Positions 58,427 through 64,000 of a DNA stretch of 64,000 nt are shown piece after piece. Made by a program: the position numbers and the translations under genes. Below the pieces are notes generated by a model. It was not told where the DNA came from. It saw only the letters and a list, made by a program, of their open reading frames with translations, and made no database searches. Source of the stretch: an uncultured Gammaproteobacteria bacterium (GTDB lineage Bacteria; Pseudomonadota; Gammaproteobacteria; Magnimaribacterales; Magnimaribacteraceae); assembly GCA_913042085.1 (NCBI GenBank), contig CAJWKH010000001.1, positions 1,617 to 65,616 of the forward strand, read 5' to 3'. Each line of letters starts with the position of its first letter. The first letter of the stretch is position 1.

Positions 58427-59959
58427 ATGCTAAAAAAAACATTAATTTCTACTTTTATATTTTTTCTATCTTTTCAATCTTTAACTGAAGTTAAAGAATT
58501 GACTATCTTGCATACCAATGATTTGCATGCACATCTTTTTCCTAGAATAGCGCCTTGGATAAGTGAATCAAGAAAGATAGGAGGATTTGCTAATTTAGCT
58601 ACGCTGGTAAAACAAGAGAAGCAGTTAAATTCAAGTGCCATTCTTATCGATGCAGGAGATTATTTCTCTGGCCCTTATGTAAGCACTCTAACTGAAGGGG
58701 AAGCGGTAATTAAATCAATGAACTACTTAGGAATTGATGCCGCTTGTATAGGCAATCACGAATTCGATCATGGTTGGGACAATATGCTTGAACAAATTAA
58801 AGAAGCTAAATTTCCAATTCTAAATGGAAACATCTTTTATGAAGGGACAGACAAGTTGGTTTGGGATAATCCATACATAATTTTAGAAAGAGAAGGGTTA
58901 AGAATCGGAATAATCGGACTTCATGGAAAATTTGCTTTTTACGATACCACCAATGTAAAAATGACAGAAGGTATTGAAGCTAGGGATGAAGAAAAGTTTT
59001 TAAAACAATACATCAAAGAACTAGAACCTATCACAGATCTCATAATACTTAGCGTTCATCAAGGAATGCCGGCAAGGCAATCTACTATTGGGTTAACTGA
59101 TGTAGAAAGAAATCTTTATAAAGATATTCTTCTTGCTCAGAACGTTCCTGGGATAGATGTTATTGTAACTGGGCATGCACATCAGGGAACAGACAGGGCT
59201 CTAGTTTCTAATGGAACAATTATTGTTTCAACTAATGCGACTTCAACAGAACTTGGAAAGCTACAAATACAATACGATACAGATAAGAAAAGAATAGTTT
59301 CGCATTCAAATCAATTGATAACAATTTATGATGATGAAGTAGAGGACGATACTGACATGCTCAGGGAAATTACGTATTGGCAGCAAGAGGTAGATAAAAT
59401 AGCTTCAGTTCCTATAGCCTCCTCAACAAAAAAACTAGTTAGAGCATACGGAAAGGAATCAAATATGGGTAATTTATTTACGGACGCCATTGCTGCCTTT
59501 GATGAAAGAATAGATATAGCTGTTATGAATAGTGGCGGTCTTAGGCAAGACATTGATGCAGGTGTGATCTCAAAAGGGGATTTAATTTCTGCTTTTCCTT
59601 TCCCTAACACCATAGTGATGACAAAACTTAAAGGATCCCAGCTAAAACAAATCTTTGATCATGCTGCTGGCATGACAAACGGAATATTACAGGTATCGAA
59701 AAATGCAAAATATTCGTTTAGCCCAAGAAACGAAGTTCTTGAAATCTGGATCAAAGGTGAATTGATAAATGATGATCAAGTTTACTGGGTAGCTGCTCCG
59801 AATTTTGTTACTCAAGGAGGAGATGGATATTTAGAATTTCAGAATTCAATAGAATATATTGATAGCGGCGTTCTGATAATAGATGAAGTCGAGAGTTTTC
59901 TAAAAGAGAAGAAGTTGTATGAACCCAAACATGAGGGAAGGGTGTTAGTAATAGAATAA
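58427..59959 (+). CDS. secreted bifunctional metallophosphatase / 5'-nucleotidase (UshA family)
   Basis: Calcineurin-like motifs (ILHTNDLH, DAGD, GNHEFD, GHAH) plus a C-terminal 5'-nucleotidase domain. ATG 58427 gives a signal peptide (MLKKTLISTFIFFLSFQSL); the ORF opens at 58391. Confidence 0.85.
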   Translation: MLKKTLISTFIFFLSFQSLTEVKELTILHTNDLHAHLFPRIAPWISESRKIGGFANLATLVKQEKQLNSSAILIDAGDYFSGPYVSTLTEGEAVIKSMNYLGIDAACIGNHEFDHGWDNMLEQIKEAKFPILNGNIFYEGTDKLVWDNPYIILEREGLRIGIIGLHGKFAFYDTTNVKMTEGIEARDEEKFLKQYIKELEPITDLIILSVHQGMPARQSTIGLTDVERNLYKDILLAQNVPGIDVIVTGHAHQGTDRALVSNGTIIVSTNATSTELGKLQIQYDTDKKRIVSHSNQLITIYDDEVEDDTDMLREITYWQQEVDKIASVPIASSTKKLVRAYGKESNMGNLFTDAIAAFDERIDIAVMNSGGLRQDIDAGVISKGDLISAFPFPNTIVMTKLKGSQLKQIFDHAAGMTNGILQVSKNAKYSFSPRNEVLEIWIKGELINDDQVYWVAAPNFVTQGGDGYLEFQNSIEYIDSGVLIIDEVESFLKEKKLYEPKHEGRVLVIE

Positions 59960-59964
59960 AGGAG

Positions 59965-60651
59965 TTGGATGTGGAATTTGATGAAGTCGTATTAGGAAGA
60001 AGAAGTATTAGGGGTTATAAGCAGGAACCTGTTCCTAGAGAAGTTATAGAGGAAGTTCTTGAGCTTGCTGTCAGAGCTCCGTCTTCTATGAACACTCAAC
60101 CTTGGCACCTATATGTAGTGACGGGTGATGTTTTAGACAACATAAGAAAAGGAAATACCGAAAGGAATATTTCAGGAGTGCCACCATCAAGAGAAATAAA
60201 AGCCCCTAACAAAGGCTATGAAGGACTTCATAGAGAAAGACAAATTGAGATTGCTGTTCAATTATTCCAAAAGATGGGCATAGAGAGGGATGATAAGGAA
60301 GGAAGGCAAGATTGGGTGCTTCGAGGATTCAGACAGTTTGATGCCCCTTTTTGCGTTGTGGTTACTTTTGATAAAGAGTTACTTGATGATGACATTTCTA
60401 AATTTGATTGCGGAGGAATAGTTAATGCTTTGGTAAACGCAGGTTGGTCTAAAGGCTTGGGTGCTGTTATTAATAGTCAGGGAATAATGCAATCGCCTGT
60501 TGTTAGAGAATACGCTGGCATTCCAGATGATCAAGTAATAATGATTTGTGTGGCCATGGGTTATCCCGACGAAAGTTTTCCTGCCAATGAAGTTGTTTCT
60601 AATCGCAGACCTATTTCAGAGGTTGCGACATTTGTAGGTTTCGAAGAATAG
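59965..60651 (+). CDS. nitroreductase family protein
   Basis: 228 aa with GRRSIRGYK and PSSMNTQPWH motifs. The start may be GTG 59971, which is 6 nt after GGAG, rather than TTG 59965. Confidence 0.85.
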   Translation: MDVEFDEVVLGRRSIRGYKQEPVPREVIEEVLELAVRAPSSMNTQPWHLYVVTGDVLDNIRKGNTERNISGVPPSREIKAPNKGYEGLHRERQIEIAVQLFQKMGIERDDKEGRQDWVLRGFRQFDAPFCVVVTFDKELLDDDISKFDCGGIVNALVNAGWSKGLGAVINSQGIMQSPVVREYAGIPDDQVIMICVAMGYPDESFPANEVVSNRRPISEVATFVGFEE

Positions 60652-60685
60652 ATAGTTTGATATATTAGTTATAAAGGAGTTTACG

Positions 60686-61558
60686 ATGAGAAAATTATTA
60701 TTGATTACCGTACTTTGGCTTAGTTCTTTAAATATTCATTCTGATTACTCAGCAAACCAGCCTACTGATTTAATTAATATCAATGGAGTATCAATAGCCT
60801 ATACAACTGCTGGCGAAGAAGGGAACCCCTCTGTATTGATGATTATGGGTCTTATGGCTTCGCATAAAGTTTGGGGAGAAGAAATAGTAAATGAGTTAGT
60901 CGATTCGGGTTACAGAGTCATCCTTTTTGATAATAGAGATACAGGAGATTCTGAAAACTTAGATAGATTAGGTAAGCCAAATCTATATTGGAAATTCGCT
61001 ATGTCTTATTTAGGTGTTGATTTTAGCTCTCCATATACTCTTTTCGACATGGCCTCAGATGGAATAGGTGTTTTAGATCATTTAGAAATAGAAAGGGCAC
61101 ATATTGTAGGTGCTTCGATGGGTGGAATGATTGCACAAACCATTGCTTCAAAATTCCCTAAAAGAACTAAGAGCTTAGTTTCAATTATGTCTACAACAGG
61201 AGCTCCGCACCTTTCTCAAATGTCAGAAAGGAACGAACAAAACTTTAATAATGCTGGAGATTGGGATAAGGATGCAGCTCATTCTTACGGGTTTTACCCT
61301 GAAGCGATGCCAAGACAGTTAACAGCTATCATTAAAGCCGGAGATAGATCAGAACAAGTTGGCTCTATAAAGGTTTCTACTTTAGTCCAGCATGGAGTTA
61401 ATGATACGTTGCTTCCCCCAGATCATGGAGAGCACACAGCAGAACTGATAAGTAATTCTAAGTTAAAAATTTATGAAAATATGGGCCACAATCTCCCGCC
61501 TGAAGTACTGCCTTTCGTTATAGAAGATATGGTTAATTTCTTTAAAGAAAATGGGTAA
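60686..61558 (+). CDS. secreted alpha/beta-fold hydrolase
   Basis: 290 aa with a signal peptide, nucleophile elbow GASMGG and C-terminal His (GHNLP). Confidence 0.85.
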   Translation: MRKLLLITVLWLSSLNIHSDYSANQPTDLININGVSIAYTTAGEEGNPSVLMIMGLMASHKVWGEEIVNELVDSGYRVILFDNRDTGDSENLDRLGKPNLYWKFAMSYLGVDFSSPYTLFDMASDGIGVLDHLEIERAHIVGASMGGMIAQTIASKFPKRTKSLVSIMSTTGAPHLSQMSERNEQNFNNAGDWDKDAAHSYGFYPEAMPRQLTAIIKAGDRSEQVGSIKVSTLVQHGVNDTLLPPDHGEHTAELISNSKLKIYENMGHNLPPEVLPFVIEDMVNFFKENG

Positions 61559-63339
61559 TGTCTGAAAATTTAGCCAGAAAGAGATGTGTAGTTGTTATGT
61601 ACGATACTTTGTGTCGTCATTTTCTTCCAAATTATGGGAATGAGTGGGTCATTGCTCCTAATTTTGAGCGATTAGCTAAACGATCAATTCAATTTGAAAA
61701 CTTTTATGTTGGCTCTATGCCTTGTATGCCGGCAAGAAGAGAAATGCATACTGGAAGATATAATTTTTTGCATCGATCATGGGGTCCTTTAGAGCCGTTC
61801 GATGATTCTATGCCATCCATTCTTCATGATAATGGTGTTCATTCACACAAAGTGACAGATCATCTACATTATTGGGAAGATGGTGGTGCAACTTATCATC
61901 AGAGGTATACCACTTTTGATTTAGTAAGAGGTCAAGAAGGAGATAAGTGGAAGGGCGATGTAGAAAAACTTAGAGATCCAAATTACGGAGCGGATAGATG
62001 GTCTGAACTTCAAAGATTAAACAATCAGAAGCAAGACAACATCAATAGAGATTATATGGATAAAGTTGAACTGCAACCTCAGTACAAAACTTTTGATCTA
62101 GGCCTTGAATTCATAAATAGAAATAAAGATGTAGATAAATGGTTTCTTCAGATTGAGACTTTTGATCCCCATGAACCTTTCTTTACTCAAGAAGAATTCC
62201 AAAAGCTATATCCTCACGAGTACGACGGACCTCCTTTTGATTGGCCTCCGTATCGTGAAGTTAGAGAAGACGATCAAACAGTAGAACATATCCGATACAT
62301 GTACGCGTCTCTTATAACATTCTGCGATCAGCAACTTGGAAGAGTTTTAGATGCATTTGATGAACACGATTTGTGGAAAGATACAATGCTATTGGTTAAT
62401 ACGGATCATGGATTATTAATGGGAGAACATGATTGGTGGGCTAAAGTTGTTACCCCATTCTTTCAAGAGATCGCTCATATACCTTTTTGGGCATACGATC
62501 CTCGCAATTCAAATGAAATTAATAAAAAAAGTAATGCGTTAGCTCAAACAATAGATCTAGGGCCCACTATTTTGGATTATTTTGATATCCCTTTAACTGA
62601 AGATATGCAAGGAAAGACAATTTTTGATTTTATTGAAGACGATAAAGAAATTCGTAAAGCTTCTTTGTATGGAGTGATGGGAGGGCAAGTTAATGTAACA
62701 GACGGTCAGTACGTATATATGAGGGCTACAACAACAGAAGATAACAAACCTCTTTATGATTACACTCTAATGCCAACCCACATGAAAAATAGATTTTCTC
62801 CAAGAGAATTACAGGAATGGGAGAAAGTAGAAGGGTTTAGCTTTATGAAAGGCTGTAAAGTTATGCAGATCCCTACAAGATCCTTTCCTATCTTTTCTGC
62901 AAAAGATAACCCTCTAGGGAGAGGTAGAACAGCAACCTTATTGTTCGACGTCAAGAATGATCCAGGTCAAACCAAGCCTTTAAATGATGTGAATATAGAA
63001 AAACGGATGATTGAGTTGATGATCAGAGAAATGGCAAGGAATGAATGTCCTTCAGAGCAATACATCCGCTTAGGTTTGCCAGAGCCTAAAAGACTAGGCA
63101 AAGGGCATGGAGATGAGATGATAGATATGCCTTCTGATAAGGAGATTGAAGACTCATGTGTGTTAGATAAAGCACAAGGCATCGAAGCTGCTGAGCACGG
63201 AGCGGAAGGTTTCCCAAAAATGCCTTTTAAGGACATATTCTGGGAAGGGGAAAAGACCTTAAGATCAACAGTTTTCCCAGATAATTTAAAATTAAGACCA
63301 GGGTATTTAATCAGCCAACAGGAGAAATCTGAAAAATAG
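61558..63339 (+). CDS. Cys-type sulfatase family protein, no signal peptide
   Basis: 593 aa. Sulfatase signature C-x-P-x-R in SMPCMPARREMHTGR, plus NTDHG. TAATG junction with the upstream hydrolase. Confidence 0.82.
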   Translation: MSENLARKRCVVVMYDTLCRHFLPNYGNEWVIAPNFERLAKRSIQFENFYVGSMPCMPARREMHTGRYNFLHRSWGPLEPFDDSMPSILHDNGVHSHKVTDHLHYWEDGGATYHQRYTTFDLVRGQEGDKWKGDVEKLRDPNYGADRWSELQRLNNQKQDNINRDYMDKVELQPQYKTFDLGLEFINRNKDVDKWFLQIETFDPHEPFFTQEEFQKLYPHEYDGPPFDWPPYREVREDDQTVEHIRYMYASLITFCDQQLGRVLDAFDEHDLWKDTMLLVNTDHGLLMGEHDWWAKVVTPFFQEIAHIPFWAYDPRNSNEINKKSNALAQTIDLGPTILDYFDIPLTEDMQGKTIFDFIEDDKEIRKASLYGVMGGQVNVTDGQYVYMRATTTEDNKPLYDYTLMPTHMKNRFSPRELQEWEKVEGFSFMKGCKVMQIPTRSFPIFSAKDNPLGRGRTATLLFDVKNDPGQTKPLNDVNIEKRMIELMIREMARNECPSEQYIRLGLPEPKRLGKGHGDEMIDMPSDKEIEDSCVLDKAQGIEAAEHGAEGFPKMPFKDIFWEGEKTLRSTVFPDNLKLRPGYLISQQEKSEK

Positions 63340-63377
63340 ACCTTCTTATTATATTTTTTGGTCTAAAATGAGAGTAT

Positions 63378-63569
63378 ATGGAATCTTTTAATAAATTTTT
63401 TGAAGAATGGAATTTAGTTCTGTATGGACTTTTGTTCTGGGGAAGTATATTTGGTGCCTTTCTCTTTTATGCTTTAGGAGCAAGCCTTCTTGTTTCTTCT
63501 TTAGGTTATTTATTAGGCTTTCTTTTTGGTTTGCAAGCAAAACGTAAAGGATGGGGATGGATAACTTAG
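63378..63569 (+). CDS. small two-TM membrane protein
   Basis: 63 aa and hydrophobic. Overlaps the start of the downstream desaturase-like gene by about 19 bp. Confidence 0.45.
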   Translation: MESFNKFFEEWNLVLYGLLFWGSIFGAFLFYALGASLLVSSLGYLLGFLFGLQAKRKGWGWIT

Positions 63570-64000
63570 ATACTAGTATTAAAGATCTATCTATAGAAGC
63601 TGAGAGAAAATTAGCACGAACTTTTATGGGAAGAATCGAATGGGAGATGATTCTTATTGGCCTTGGTCAATTTATTGTATGGCTCACGACTTGGGTTTTG
63701 GTCATTCAAGGATTGGTCCCCTTATGGCTTGGAAGTATTGTGGTGATTCTGTCCACATGTTTCGCCTATTTACCTTCTCACGCAGGTCAGCATGGTCATT
63801 TGTCAGGTGGAAGGAAGAATTTAAAATGGTTAGACTCTTTAGTTGGCTACATAACCTTAATCCCACTCGCGCAATCTCACGATATTCTAAAAGCTACTCA
63901 CTTAAAGCATCATGCTCACACCAACGACCCTGATAGAGACCCTGACTATTTCCATACCCACGTTAATAATTGGTTTGAATGTGCTAAAAATATAAATGAT
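63551..64000 (+). CDS. membrane fatty-acid-desaturase-family (di-iron His-box) protein, 5' partial (continues past the window end)
   Basis: Hand translation from ATG 63551/63557 is open to base 64000: MDNLDTS…TM helices…SHAGQHGH (HX3H box)…HLKHHAHTNDPDRDPD (HX2HH box). It is absent from the ORF track because no stop lies in the window. Confidence 0.7.
   Translation, partial: MGMDNLDTSIKDLSIEAERKLARTFMGRIEWEMILIGLGQFIVWLTTWVLVIQGLVPLWLGSIVVILSTCFAYLPSHAGQHGHLSGGRKNLKWLDSLVGYITLIPLAQSHDILKATHLKHHAHTNDPDRDPDYFHTHVNNWFECAKNIND

Noticed and set aside
63640-63933. 97-aa plus-strand ORF listed in the track
   Set aside because: It is out of frame with, and wholly inside, the His-box desaturase-family reading frame (63551 to beyond 64000), which has clear family motifs. 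The listed ORF has none.

Overview
This is an AT-rich (mid-30s % GC by eye, not computed), very gene-dense chromosomal segment; intergenic gaps are mostly under 100 bp and many genes overlap by 1-18 bp. Gene order is typical of Gammaproteobacteria and the style suggests a streamlined, probably marine, lineage (inference only). Most of the window is core housekeeping in conserved blocks: parE-parC; proA-nadD-rsfS-rlmH-mrdA-rodA-mltB-dacA; holA-lptE-leuS; dsbD(N-domain only)-aroQ-accB-accC; ilvD; trxA-rho; rsmD; bamD/rluD-pgeF; ilvI-ilvH-ilvC-pssA. Metabolic accessory genes sit between these blocks. They include an acyl-CoA dehydrogenase / CoA-transferase / secreted esterase / thioesterase cluster, a PPi-type phosphofructokinase, a carotenoid cleavage oxygenase, a glycerate-module pair, and a sulfatase / hydrolase / nitroreductase group. 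Three regions merit a closer look. (1) 54.5-58.3 kb holds a stand-alone tRNA-Ile(GAU) followed by two decayed direct copies of its own 3' end. These bracket an integrase-less islet that carries a universal stress protein, a small membrane protein, a canonical cNOR-type nitric oxide reductase (norC-norB) and a mono-heme cytochrome c. A near-consensus FNR/Dnr box lies in front of the operon. (2) 40.2-45.7 kb is a tight operon of flavin reductase, DUF4399-like periplasmic protein and two diverged tandem paralogs of a large CBM9/DOMON-like + beta-barrel outer-membrane protein of unknown function. (3) 33.4-35.9 kb holds a stand-alone DsbD alpha domain. Its 5' coding end overlaps, antisense, the 5' end of a PCu(A)C copper chaperone gene, which is itself translationally coupled to an orphan double-ATPase ABC protein. 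I saw no rRNA genes, CRISPR arrays, transposases, integrases or recognisable defence genes. All functional calls rest on motif and architecture recognition by eye, not on database searches.
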